A stretch of DNA of 64,000 bases from the human T2T-CHM13v2.0 reference genome, Homo sapiens. This document shows positions 49,421-62,532 of this stretch, in pieces; the stretch's first letter is position 1; each line of letters opens with the position of its first letter. Under the pieces are notes generated by a model. That model had not been told where the DNA came from, did not search any database, and was given only the letters and a program-made list of their open reading frames with translations. Position numbers and translations under genes: made by a program. The stretch is from the NCBI RefSeq assembly GCF_009914755.1, contig NC_060926.1; one strand, written 5' to 3'.

Positions 49421-50419
49421 ATCTGCACACCTGCTGTGTGTCTGGGGATGTCAGGCACAGGCAGTGCTGTCACTTGGGGGCTTGGCAGAGGCTCTCTGGC
49501 CTGGGGCTGTGCAGGGGAGCCTGGAGAGAGTCAGGCTGAGGCTGTGGGACTTGTCACAGGACAAGAACACCCAAGGACTGCAGGGTCACTGTCACAAGGC
49601 ACATCGGAAGCCTCTCTGACTCGGAGAGGACTTGGAGCATCTCTGCCCTCCCGTGAGGCCCATGAGAGACAGCACTGAGAGTCTGGCCGTCTGGAAGCCA
49701 GGACCAGCTCTGCCCGGAAGTCGTAGAGCCAGGTCAGCCTCCGCCTTGCTCCCTGCCTGCGCTGCGCCTTTGCGGCAGCAGCAGCTTAGAGGAGGAAAGG
49801 TGGCTCCGAGCACCCTCATGGCTCCCGAGCGCCCGAGCCCAGGGACTTGGGGGACAGCATCGGCGCTGAGTCCTCGAGGCTGGCACCACCAGCTTCCACT
49901 TTTACCCTCCGCTCTGAAGCCTGTTGGTGGGCACAGGGTCACTTTCCTGTCCGCGGGCTCTTCACAGTCGGCACATTCAGGGCCGACTTTTTAATGACTG
50001 TGCTTTTGGCCACAGCAGTGGTAACAGCAGGGAGTATTTATGGAGCCCCCCTGTCCCTGCACTGTTCCAGGGGCCTCCCACACATGAATACACTTGGTCT
50101 GCCCATGCCCCAGAAGGCCTGAGGCCCACCCTGGCAGGGGCTCCCAGCCCCAGCTCCCTGTCTCCTTCCCCCTCCATCCCCTTCCATATTGATCAGGTGT
50201 GTCCGTCCTCCAGGTGGTCACACTCCTCAGGGCGCTGGCCCATCCCAGCCCCAGAGCTTCAGTCCGATGGGCTCCGTCATCACTCTCCGGCTGATGGGGG
50301 ATCAGGCGTGGACTTCAGACCCGATTCTGGATGAGGAGATGTGGGCGTGGGGAGGGGCCAGTCAGAGAAGCCCCAGAAGATCTCCTCATTGTTCCAAAGC
50401 TTCAGATACGATTGAGTGA

Positions 50420-51165
50420 GAATAAGAATGATAGCCGCAATGAATCCTAACACCGCCACTGTGTCTACATCCATGAGTTCATAAGAAAACAAAAAGATAA
50501 TTGGTCAACTTCGGCTGCAGCTGGAGAACCACCTCATTACTCTGAACACGGATAAGTAAAGGATAAAAATGAAGCCTTTACTGACTTCTCTATGCAAACT
50601 GTCCCTCAGGGCAGCTAAGTTGGTATGAAAGGGAAGTTTGTTTTGGTGGGAGTGTTCCAGCTGATAAACACAGGAGCAAGCCTAGAGTTAGGATATTGTT
50701 GTTTTGCAGTCCCCGAGGAAGCCATGAACCGAGGCAGCTAATCAGCCGCTGCACACATCCCAGAGAAAGCAGGACCCCGCGTGCCTCCAGATGAAAGCCA
50801 GCAGCAGGGTCTAAGCGCAGCCTCCCCAAAATACCCGGCGGAGCCTGTCGACAGCTTTCAGGAATTACAGGGGACAGGGAAAAAGGTTGAATGCCACCCT
50901 TGGGATGTATTCAGCAAAACTCAGAAAATGAGAAATGATCCAATTTCTTTAACAACCACCACCACAAAAACAAACAAATAAGTAGTAAAACATTTTAAAA
51001 GTTAATGTAAAAACAGATGTGGAAGGAGACCTGCAGGCTAAAACGTATACCCCAACCAATCACAATGCACGGCCCTTAACTGCGTCCTGATTCCAATTGT
51101 TTTTAAACCTGTAAAACAAAGGATAGACCATCAGGAAAATGTGAACCCCGATACTGAGGAATGAG
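50420..51165 (+). mobile_element. Ancient L1MC/ME 3'UTR fragments
   Basis: 'ctctatgcaaactgtccctcagggcagc...gaaagggaagttt' and 'cggcccttaactgcgtcctgattccaa'. Very diverged. Confidence 0.45.
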
Positions 51166-52580
51166 TGTGCATTTTCCACAGGTGTGGGGGGCGGGTTGGG
51201 GCATGAGGAGAGAGGAGAGGAGGGTGGACAGGCGGAGGGAGCACCACCCACATGCCGAGGTGGGGCCTGGCGCCCATTCTCCGGTTCTCTCCACTTTTGT
51301 CCATGTTTGAAATTTGCCATCACAAAAAGCTTCTTTTTTGTTTTGTTGTTTGTTTGTCTAATAGGTCTCCTGGGCAGAGAGCCACTTCCCACTTCCTAGG
51401 GCATTGTCCCGGCTGGAGCTGCAGCTGTGGTCTTGCTCTAGTTCTAGGATGAAGCAAAGCCACGGGGGAAGGTGAGGTAGGATGGAGAAAGGACTCGGGG
51501 TTCCAGTGCACCCCTGAACCGGCACAGCCTCCCGGCCCTCCTGCTGGGAGTTGGGGGATTGCTTCTAATGGACAATGGATGGACTGTGTCTGATGTCACC
51601 CCATACACGTGGAACAGGGCAGCTGTCTTGTGTTCCCAGCCTCTGGTAAGCTCCTTGAGGGCACAGACGCTGTCTGGTTCATCTCTGCACCCCTGACAGT
51701 GCCCCGCTGGGTGCCTGGCGCGGTGCCCACTGCTTAGTAGACCCTGGAGTTGTTGGGGAGAAGGCGCTTGGGCCATGGTAGCAGCAGGTGGAGGCTGGGC
51801 TTGTGTCCAGTGTTCAGGAAACTCGGAAACCTCCAAATGTGTGACCCCGATGGGATTTTGATTTCTTCCCATCTCTTGAGCCTAAGGCACAATTGTTGGG
51901 AACCTCCAAAACCCACTGCTTAGGGAAAAGCCCGCATCCAAATTTCTGCTAAGCAGGAGGGGAAGGTGCCGGGGTGGGTGTGGTCTCGCAGTGCCTGTCC
52001 CCTGCTGCTCTGGCTTGCTGCCCTCATCCCTGTGGCCGCTTCTTCCCCAGCATCCTCAACAGCACGTGTGCTCACAGCCCGGACCCCGCCCTGATGGTCT
52101 GACTGCACGGCTCCCGCGTCCTGACTTCCTCCCACTCTCCCCTTGTGCGGAGCACCTCTGCCCACGCCCAGTGCCCGGTGCTTGCCCACAGCGGAAGCCC
52201 CGCCCTGGAGCTCACCACACCCCAGCCCTGACCCTACAGCAGCCCCCACCAGTGAGTTCTGCCATTAGAGTCAGAATGTCTCTTCCCTCTCGTGTGACAG
52301 GTTTGCATGCTACTCAGAATTTAGTTCTCCAAGGACCCCTGAATCACAGTCAGGGCCAGGCCCAGAGCAGGCCCAAAGCTGAAGAAGGTGCTCACCCTCA
52401 GGGCTCTCAGAGCCAAGGGGGAAGAGTCCGGGGGGCTTTTGAGAGGCACCAAGTTCAAGTCTGTGTCGCCCACGCAAGGCTCCTTCTCTCTCCAACCTCT
52501 TCACCCCAGGGACTCTGGAATCCTGCCTTCCACACCCCACATGGCTAGAACCACTAGTGCAGGAACATGCAACTCCGCAA

Positions 52581-52725
52581 TCAGCCTGCCTGCCCCTCAC
52601 CTGCACACACCTCTGCTGCACCTCCACACTCAGCCTACCTGTGCTCACCTGGGCAGCAGCTCCATACTCAGCCTGCCTGCCCCTCACCTGCACGCACCTG
52701 CTCCTCACCTGTGCTCACCTGGGCT
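52581..52725. repeat. Degenerate 87-bp duplication rich in CACCTG
   Basis: 'tcagcctgcctgcccctcacctgcac' at 52581 and 52668; 'acctgtgctcacctgggc' occurs twice. Confidence 0.8.
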
Positions 52726-55700
52726 GGAGTTTAGCCTTTCCTTCTGCAGCCTCTGAGGTGTGGAAAGTCACATTGCTCCTCACAGAGCCCCCAAAACAAG
52801 ACAGACACAAACCAAAGACAAAAAGCAAATGTTTGGTTTTTAAACTAGCTTAATAATCTGCTCAACTGGCCTCTCCTCTCTGAACTGTGTTGGGGATCCT
52901 GGTGGAAGAACTGAGGCCTACCTGCCCTGCAGATGCAGCCACCACGTGGGCTCCCACCCCTGGCCAGAGCCCACCATGAAGAATGTCAGTGTTACCAATG
53001 AAGGCGGGGGGTGGTCCACAGAGGAGGGCTCTGGTCCAGAGCAGAGTCTGGGTGTCCTTGGAGTGCCTGTCCAGGCACGGTGTGGGGGGACAATGTGTGG
53101 TCAGGTGGTGGGGGCCGTGCCCCTGACAGGTCTGCACTCAGAGTAAAAATGATCGCACCAACCAGATGCCACTCAACAAATGGCTCCCAACTGCCCCCAA
53201 AGCTCTGAGCCCTGGTTCTGAAAATTTGGCTCTGCCTGGGGGAGGGAACATGGGCTGTTCCCTCCCATGTTCTGAGCAGATGCAGACATTTCTGATTGCA
53301 CACATGACTACCATCTTGTCATGTGGTGCATGCTCCACTCACGTGCCCAGGGCTTCGCATGCGATCTTTCGTTTAATCCCTGTGAAGACCTTCTGGAGGA
53401 GACGCCATTGTTCCCATTTTACAGAAAGGCAAAACTCAGAACTAATAAGCTCCTTACCCAAAGAGTCTCAGGCAGCCAAGGGCAGAGCTGGGCTCTATGA
53501 CTCCACCCAATGCCAAAGTGCTCGCCACTGAGGCCACCCAGGGGCCCCTGCTCAGGATGATCTTCCCGGGAAGCCAGCCTCCCTGATCTACCCTGATCTA
53601 CCCTGGGCTGTGACAGGGCTAGGCCTACAGGCCAGCTGAGTGGTGGCCGGGTGAGACCCCAGGCTGGCCACTTCATCATCTGCAACAACTGGCCAGCCAG
53701 CTCGCGTAGAGTCACCTGGGCCGAGCATGGTAGTTTAGAAAGCCCTGGTAGGTTTTACATCTTCGTGGAAGTAAAAACCCCTCCTTTGATGACACACAGG
53801 ACTATGCATAGGGCCTGGGGAAGCTCCCTCACCCCAAATTCCGTGAGCTGATTGTTCGGGGTGTGCAGTGGGCCGGGATCCTCAGTGAGCACCCAGACTC
53901 CCAAAGGTGGCCAGAGGTGCTGACCGGCCATCCCTGGAGCTGAGAGGGCCCCATAGACAGAAGCTGTGGCCTAACTCCCCGACAAGTTGCAGGACTAGAG
54001 CCATTTACCCAGCCTGGGGGTGGACAGCCCCTCCTTCAGACACCAGCCAGGCTGCGGGTGCACCAAGACCACCCCTGAGGGGCGGAGTCTCGACTCTGGC
54101 GAAGCATCTGCTACCGAGCCTGAAAGCAGGAGTGGACACCATGTGTGGCTGCACAGCTTGCCCCTCTCCCCGTGCAGGGCCCGTCTTTCTGGCCCCGTCA
54201 CCCAGCCCTGGCCTCCAGCACAGCCCTGCTCAGTCCCTCACCCCTCAGTCCTGGGGCCTTGGAGGCAGGGACTGGGAAAGGCCAGCATCTCCCATCTTCC
54301 TGCTTGGCTGGAGGAGCTCCCAGAACCTGTGTTCAGCTCTGGCAAGTGGGAGGAGCAGCTCTTTAGAATAACTACCTGCAGCAGCCATGGCCTCCTGGGG
54401 GCCGCTGGGAGCAGCTGCCCCCGCACCTCTGGAGCAGCTCTGCTAGTGGTGCTCAGAGTAGAGGCTGTCTTGGGGCCAGGGCTGCAGAGATGCTACCTTC
54501 TGAGCAGGGACTAGGGAGGACAAACAGTAAGCTTCTCTTCCAAAAAAACAAACAAATATATTTCTCTCTTATTCTCCATCACAACTGCAAAGCAGACAGC
54601 AGTAGCAACGAACCAGCGACTGTCAGGAAGCAGTTGTGAGCTGGGATGAGAATTCAGGCATTTTCAGATGCTGAGGCAACAGCCCTCAGTTCTGGGGCTT
54701 TCTCCATCTGCTGGGATGCTTACCCCCTTCCTCACGGCGTCCAAGTACACCCCCAGACACAGGGCAGACATAGATCCAGGCCTGGAAGCTTGGGGCTGTC
54801 TGAGGCGGGAGGGCCACACGCAGGTCTTGCAGGAGGGTGGATGGGAAGCAGCTCGGGAAGCCATCACGGTGACAATGCCCTGGCCCCCCTCGTCCCCTGC
54901 GCTCATCCTGCAGCCGCCGTCCCAGGGGTCCAGACCCCTTCCTTGTACCCTGATGGCTGCCCCTTGCTCTCTAGGCTGCCTGCTCCGCCTTGGCACCAGC
55001 ACACCCCCCAACCAAGCTCCCCGCTTTCTTCTCCTCTATGGGCTCCTTTCCCAAACATCCATTCACACCTGCAGAACGAGCATGGCCTTTGGATGGGCCC
55101 AGGCCCTCGACACCCGCTGGGCTGGTCTCTTTTGCAGCCTCTCAGGCATCGGCGCTTGTCCCTGGGATCTCCCTGGGCAGGGCCAAGCCAGGCGGGTCAT
55201 TCTCCTGGGAGCACCGCACTCATTCCCAGGCTCTACCTGGCGGCGCTGTCCGGACCGCCCATCAGGACCACCTCGAGGATCATCCACATCCCACATGCAG
55301 GGGCCCTGGAGAGGCCCTGGATGCCCACCTCCCCACCTGGACACCTCCACTTGGAGGGCAAGCCCAGGGCGTGGGGCCTGGCACATCCAGGCTGTCCTAG
55401 CCTCCTCGGGCAGCGTCCCTGGGCTGTGGGAGGTTTTCTTGCCCAGAGAGCCAGAGAGGAGCCCCCGGAATGTTCCCACAGACGTCAGCTGTTGCTCATC
55501 CCAGGCTCTGTGTTTTACAAGTGAAGCCCAAAGACAGAGAGAGGCAATGGGCTGCCCAGGTCCCCAAGACCACAATGTGGCCTTGTCCTGGGAGAGGCTG
55601 CTGGGGGGACCTCCTGAGCTCTTCCGTGGCCGTGTCTACCCCAGTGGGTCCGGTGGGTTCCGGGGTCTGCTCTGAAGCTCTCCTCTGCAGGCCCGGCTCT

Positions 55701-56297
55701 CCACAAGGCTCCAAGGTTTCACACGGACGACTTCCTCCCCATTCCCCTGCCCGATCCCCAGGGAGCCGTCCTGTTCCAGGACTCAGGCAGGAGCGGAGGC
55801 ACCTTCCCCATCCTAGCACCCACCCTGTCCCTGCCAGGCCACTTCACCATGACCTCAGGTCATTCTCACCTAGCCATGGCAGAAAGGTAAGATCCCAACG
55901 AGGAAACTGAGGCTCAGCCAGGTAACAAGCCCACCAAGTGGGAGGTGGCATCTGAAGGACCGCATGATGCTGCCCCCAAGCTCCCAGCCACTGCCCTCCA
56001 CACATGGCCGGGGTGGCACAGGGGCTGCGGCTGCTGGTTCCCAGACAGAGGGTACAGGAAGCCTGGGGAGGATGGGCCTCTGCGGCCTGGGAAGGAGCCC
56101 CTCCCTGATGGGGGAGCCCCTCCTGGACAGGGCAGGCACGTGGCCACAGTCACTTTACACCTCCAAAGCCCGGGCAGTAGACGTCACCCAGGGGACACCC
56201 AGGCCAGGGAGGAGGGGGCCGTTGGCCCGCACAGCTGGGTCGTTGGGTCCATTCTGTGTGAGGAGTGGTCCCCAAGGGCAGGGGTAGTGCAGTGCAG

Positions 56298-56309
56298 GCC
56301 CTCTGGTGG
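56298..56309. promoter_or_regulatory. Candidate CTCF core motif
   Basis: GCCCTCTGGTGG (CCACCAGAGGGC on the minus strand) matches the CTCF core. Motif only. Confidence 0.35.
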
Positions 56310-56788
56310 TCTCGGGGGCAGAGCTAGGGGCTTCGTCTCTGTGCTGCCTCCATACCCTGGTACAGAAACACCAGGTGAACCCCGGGCTGACCAAGCTCAT
56401 CCTGGCTGCCAGCACCCCAGGCCCGCTGGAGCGCGGCCCGGGGCCCTTCCTACCCCTCTGCAGCTGGTATGTACTTCCTGCAGTGTGGGCGGAGAGGGGG
56501 AAGGGCAGCCTTCCTGCACTGTGCAGGCTTGGGGAAGAAGGGAGGCTGAGCTGAGGGCCGCGGCACCCAGAGGCCCAGCAGAGGGGTTTTGGGCCAGCCT
56601 GGAAGTCACCACAAAAGCAGGAGCGACTCTGCCGCTCCCAGCAGGAGCAGGCTGTGGAGATGGTAGCACCAACTCTGCCAGGGTTGAGGATGACTCTGCC
56701 CAGCTGGGTGGGATCTGCGGGGCTACATGAAGACCCCCGTCACCCACCATGACCGGGCCCAGGCTGACTCCTGGACATCTGCCCCGCA

Positions 56789-56885
56789 TGGGAACTCTGC
56801 CCTGCGTGGGAACTCTGCCCTGCGTGGGAACTCTGCCCTGCGTGGGAGCTCTGTCCTGCGTGGGAACTCTGCCGTGCATAGGAAC
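56789..56885. repeat. 18-bp minisatellite (tgggaactctgccctgcg), about 5.4 copies
   Basis: Exact 18-bp register; CGTGGGAA at 56805, 56823 and 56859. Confidence 0.95.
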
Positions 56886-59189
56886 GGTGCTGGCAGAAGC
56901 CCCTTGTTTTGAGCAACTCATGGGTGAAGCATTTTTAAAGAGAGAAGAAACTCACTGCACGATGGACAAAAGGAATAAAAATAAACACCATCTGAGTAAT
57001 CTAGGGAAGAAATCACCAACTCTACAGACAACGTTTAATACGTGAGCTCTAGCATCACCCACAGAGCCGGAGAGGGAAGGGTGTGAATGAGGAAGACATT
57101 AGGTGGCCTGGCTGGGTTTCCACACTTGTTTTCCAAACAGGGGCAGGCCAACTGTCTGGAAAGTGGGAGAGAGAGGCCTGGTGGCAGCAGGCCGGCCAGT
57201 GGTTTGCACGTGGAGCCCCCGAGAGCACACTGGCCCTGTGGGCACAGGGTGCTCTGTGGGTCCTGGTGCGTCGAAGCCCTGGTCCCAAACTCAGGAACCG
57301 GCTGTCCGTCTCAGGCCATGCTGCTGTGTGAGCCTGAGCACATGTGGCTGCACCTCTCTGAGCCCCTGAGAGGTTAAGACTCTTAGCCTGGACGCCACAG
57401 GATTGGGGTGTCTGGAGATGTCCACCAGATTTTCTGAATGCAGCACAGCGTTGAATCTGGAGGCTACATCAGGGCCTGGCTGGTACTGGGAGGTCCCATG
57501 AAGCCGGTTCCCCAGCTTGTAGCTCAGGAAGGGTTGGGCCATCATTCTCATTCAGGTTTTAATGTGCCCCTAATAATGGGATTTCCTCACCCTCCTGATG
57601 GGTGACATACACCCTGTGGTCCCCCCTTCACCCTCCGATCTGGACACTCCCAGTACCTCAGCCTGCGGTGTGCAGTTCTCAGGAACGGGCCTCGGGAACA
57701 CGCACCAAGGAGGCCTGTGCTTAGACCTAATGTATTGAGTAAGCAGGAAGTAAATCTGCCATTGCAATGCCCTGCGTTTTGGAGAGTGCCTGAGAATTTT
57801 TGCTTCCTCTGAATCACCTCGCCATCCTCTCCTGACCAGGGAGAGAGCATAGTCATCCTTGTTCTGAAAACACAGCCTTATGGAAGCAGGAGGAAATGTG
57901 GCCTAAGTGCCCCCGGATGTCCGTGCACATTTCAAGTCAGATCCTGGGCCCCTCCATGTGTTCTTCGTGCTCTCCGTGTCTGGCCAGTGGGGACAGCGGC
58001 CCACCCCTTCCCTGCTGCTCCATTCCGCCCTCCATGGCATCGATCTGGGCTGTGTTGTGGGGCCTAATGGACCTGCTCCAGACGCCTACCCTCGCTCCTT
58101 GTAATGGTCCTCACAGAGCACAGAGGGAGGGGCCCTGGGAGCCGTCTCCCCCCAGCCTTGTCCTCATGGCACTGGCTTCGACTTCCAGAGCCCCCAACGT
58201 GTCTGTGTTGGGAGCAACCGAGGCATCAATCACCGGTGACCTCATCCTCCACTCGATAAAATGTGCATAATGACTCTTTCCCCTCCCAAGCCTCCGCAGG
58301 GACCCGGGGCTGATTGCAGCTGCTTACTCCAGGCCAAGCAGGAGGCAGGGGCATACAGAAAGCCAGCACCTGTCAGGCACTGCCCAACGCCATTCCTCTG
58401 CCCGGAGCCCGGGCTCCTCCCCAGCCTCTGGCTGTGCTGCGTCCAAGGAGATCTTCCTGGTGCCCTGTCCAAGCAGGTGTCGCCTCGGCATTGTGCACTG
58501 CTGCCACTTGTCTGTCCCTTCTTAGCTCTCATGCCCCTACATAGGTGCACTTCTCATTAACGGTGTACCTGCTTCTTCTCCACCAAGCATGTTCAGCCCT
58601 CGTAAGTGTCCACTGGTATCTGTTGAGTGAATCAACCAAGGAAGGCACCAAGCAGGGAGCAAGACACTCAGTGCACATTGTTTTGTGTGTTCATGACAAC
58701 ATTCCTTAAATAAGTATAATTATCTCCATTTTATAGATGAGAAAAATTAGATTCAGAGAAATTAATATTCCAAAGCTAGAATTTCAAATCTAAATATTGC
58801 TCTAAGACATTTTGTCAGCAGACACAGCACAAGAAGAGAATGTTTCTCAAAAGGTCAATCCAGGCCAGCTTAAGGAGCAACTATCCCGTGGGAGGCCAGG
58901 TTGGCATTGTGACGATGGACACAATTACCCCCTCCTGTTAACTGCTACAACACCTGTTCTGTGCCTCCCTTTGGCCTTTCCTAGTACAACTTCTCACTGA
59001 CTTGTATTCTCATGATTTCTGGTATTTCTCAGTCTCCAGCTAGATCTCAGTTGCTGGGGGGCAGCAGTCTCATCTGAATAATGCTCATATTCCCCAAACT
59101 GAAGAAATTTTCCATGCCCCACACGATTCTGTTCTGAGATAATTGTGTGGGTGTGTAGAAGTTTCTTATTGGCATGCCTTAGTCCCCAA

Positions 59190-59290
59190 TAGAATGTGAG
59201 CTCCTGGTGGTCAAGAGTCATTTTATTCAGTTATTTTTCTCCTGAATTTAGCATAGGCCTGGCTTGTAGTAAGATATTGATAAGTGGTGG
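59190..59290 (+). mobile_element. L2 3' terminus
   Basis: 'tagaatgtgagctcc...tagcataggcctggcttgtagtaagatattgataagt' matches the L2 end and runs straight into the GGAT/GAAT tract. Confidence 0.6.
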
Positions 59291-60495
59291 ATGGATAGAT
59301 AAATAAACAGATGAATGGATGGATGGATGGATGGGATGGATGGATAGATGGGTGGATGAATGAATGGATAGATGGGTGGAGAACTGGATGATAGATGAAT
59401 AGATGGATGGTTGCATAAATAAGTGGGTAGTGGATGGGTGGATTGATTTTTGGGTGGGTGTGTGGATGGATAAGTACATGGATAGATAAATGGATGGATG
59501 AATGAACAAAAGAATGAGTGAGTGGATGGATGGATGGATGGATGGGATAAATGGATAGGTAGGTGGATGGATGGGTGGACAAATGGATGGATGGAAAGAT
59601 GAATGGATAGATGGTTGCATAAATAAATGGGTAGTGGATTGGTGGATTGATGCGTAGATGGGTGGGTGGGTGGATGGATAGGTGGATGGATGCATGAATG
59701 GATGAAAGGATGTGTGAATGGGTGGATGGATAGATGAATGGATGGATGAAAGGGATGGGATGGATAGATGATGGGTTGATGGATGGGTGGAAGGATGAAT
59801 GGACAAATGGATGGATGAATAGATGAATGGATAGATGGTTGCACAAATAAATGGGTAGTGGGTGGGTGGGCTGATGCATGGTGGAGGGATGGATAGATAG
59901 GTGAATGGATGGGTGAATGAATGAAAGGATGGGTGAGTGGATGGATGGATGGATAGATGGGTGGGTGGGCAAGTGAGTAGATGCATGGGTGGTAGGTGGA
60001 TGGACAGGTAAATGAGTGAATGGAAGAGCTGGTGGATGGCTAGATGCATGTACAGGTGGATGTATGAATGATGGGTGGATGAACGGACGAGTAGATGGAT
60101 GGGTGGTAGGTGGATGGACAGGTAAATGAGTGAATGGAAGAGCTGGTGGATGGCTAGATGCATGTACAGGTGGATGTATGAATGATGGGTGGATGAACGG
60201 ACGAGTAGATGGATGGGTGGTAGGTGGATGGACAGGTAAATGAGTGAATGGAAGAGCTGGTGGATGGCTAGATGCATGTACAGGTGGATGTATGAATGAT
60301 GGGTGGATGAAAGGACGAGTAGATGGATGGGTGGTAGGTGGATGGACAGGTAAATGAGTGAATGGAAGAGCTGGTGGATGGCTAGATGCATGTACAGGTG
60401 GATGTATGAATGACGGGTGGATGAACAGATGAGTAGGTATGCGGGTGCGTGAGTGGATGGATGGGTAAGTGCATGGATGAGTGGATGAAAGAATG
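59285..60495. repeat. (GGAT/GAAT/GGGT)n tract with embedded 114-bp x4 array
   Basis: 'ggacaggtaaatgag' at 60002, 60116, 60230 and 60344. Older landmark 'ggttgca(t/c)aaataa' at 59409, 59613 and 59837. Confidence 0.97.
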
Positions 60496-60609
60496 AAAGT
60501 CAGGCGTGATCAAGCGTTGACGATTATGGTCTCTTCTAAAGGATTTTTTGAGAGCTGCTTAGGGATGTAAGTATCTGTGAATGTCGCCAGTTATCATCAA
60601 GTGGAGAAC

Positions 60610-60928
60610 ATTTCCCAGCTGCAGTCAGAGAGAGAAACGACAGTGGAAGAAGGGTCAGAGAGATGCGTTATCGCTGACCTCAGATATGGATAAAGGGGCC
60701 ACAAGCCAAGAAACGTAGGTGGCCTCTGGACACTGGAAAAGATAAAGAAATGCATTCACCCTTTCAGCCTACAGAAGGAACACAGCCCTGCCCTGAAGAC
60801 ACCTTGATTTTAGCCCAGTGAGCCTGAGCTGGAGTTCTGGCCAACAGAGCTATGAAGTAATCACTGCGTGCTGTCATAAGCCACTAAATGTGTGGCAATT
60901 TTCTGTAGCAGAAACAGAAAATTAATAT
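60610..60928 (+). mobile_element. MLT1D-like MaLR LTR (3' part)
   Basis: 'aggggccacaagccaagaaacgtaggtggcctctgga...gacaccttgattttagcccagtgag...taagccactaaatgtgtggcaattttctgtagcagaaacagaaaattaatat'. Confidence 0.8.
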
Positions 60929-62532
60929 GGGGGATTTGCTGTTTAATAGAGAAGTGGGCAAAGTGCTTGAGGAGTGTCTCTGTATGGAGCCCAGGGAAAG
61001 CAGCCTTTCCTCTAAAAGGGCCTGGACCCAGCCTGCTTGGTCAGTGAGTGGAGCCTCCCTGGGAGGCCTGAGCATGGCTCTGTTAGCCTCCTTCGCAGGA
61101 GACACACGGCCGTGGGAAGGAAGCTGCCCTGTGTTCACTCGCATCAATGTTCATTGTTCTTCACGGCGGAAATGGGTCTGTCGTTTATGAAGTGGTGCCA
61201 GAGCCAGTGGGTGCAGGATCTGCCCAGGAACCAGGGCACTGGGAGCTGGTGCCTTTCTGCCCTGCAGATGGAGAGACCAGGACCAGCAAAACTCATGTGA
61301 TGTGCCCAGTGTAGAGGGCCCCAGACAGTGACCCCTGTTGGTAGCCCCCAAAGCCTGGACTCCTGGGCATTGCTGGAGTGAGGTTTTCTGCAGTGCAGTC
61401 TTATTTCAGAGACACTGGTGCGCTGGCAAGTCGGGGGAAGCCCCCGGCCTGGAGTTGCACGACCTCTGCGCTGATGCTTTGAAAACACTGTTTATCAGGC
61501 AGGCTTCCTCCATTCTCCTGTGTAAAGCCAATGTTTCTCATTCCTCATTCCTTACACCTAATATCCGAGTGCTTTCCAAGCAAAAGCATACTCCTGACCA
61601 TAGGGCATGTGAGACTGAAACAGCTGCTATATTTAACAAAAAAAACACATCCTGTTGCCATGACAACCTGCGTCTAAAATTAGAAACGTCACGTACCACG
61701 GGATAGATACCATGAAATGGGCTGCTCCCGTCGCTCTCATCGATTCTCCAGGCTGGGGCTGGGTGCTCCTGGCCCGCACCGCATCCTGCAGTGGATTCGT
61801 ATCAGAGGGACTCTGTGTGGGTAGACAAAATCTCTCTCCAATTTCCTTAGACCCTGGCCAGCCCTCTGCATGGGAGGCCTCCTGGTGTTCGTGGTTTCCA
61901 ACGGTTTGTCTGTCAAGCTAGGGTTGCCTCTCAGGAAGCGTGGACAGAGGCATCTGGGAGAGAGGTGGTCAGGGGCCCAGGACCGGAGAGCCAGCCGGGT
62001 GTCCTGGTGACACAGCAGTCCCCTCCCTGACCCCACTTCCCACTCTCACATGAGCAGCGCTTTGCTGGCATTTCAGAGGGCTTGGCCCTCAGCACCTTCC
62101 CACATCTCAGGATCAACTCTCCAAGCACTGCCCACTCAGGCCTGACCCATGCCACCACACGAGAGGCTGCTCAGGGCCCTGGACCCTTGTGGCTCCCCCT
62201 GCCAAGTCCCCGGCCAGGCAGCCTCATGGGCAATCTTCTTGCCTCTCAGACGTGCGTGACTCCTTCCCTCCTCCCATGGCTGCGAGGCACTGCCTGGCTA
62301 CCCCTCTCTCCTGTCCCCTGGATACCGGCCCTGCCCTCGGAGGAGGTTGCCCGCAAGCCCCGACCCCAGTCTGTCTGCTCCTCCACCACGTGTGCTTCTG
62401 AAACGAGCAAGGCTCAGACGCCTAAACCCTGCTTGGCATGCCGCCTTCGCTACCCCGCGAGCTACTTGGTTGAGGTCCTGGGCATCTGGGCCCAGAAGGG
62501 AGCTCCCCTGGCTGTGTAGTTGTCACTGTCAC

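Noticed and set aside
59223-60391. His/Pro/Ile/Ser-rich ORFs up to 386 aa
   Set aside because: These are translations of (ATCC)n and the 114-bp repeat.
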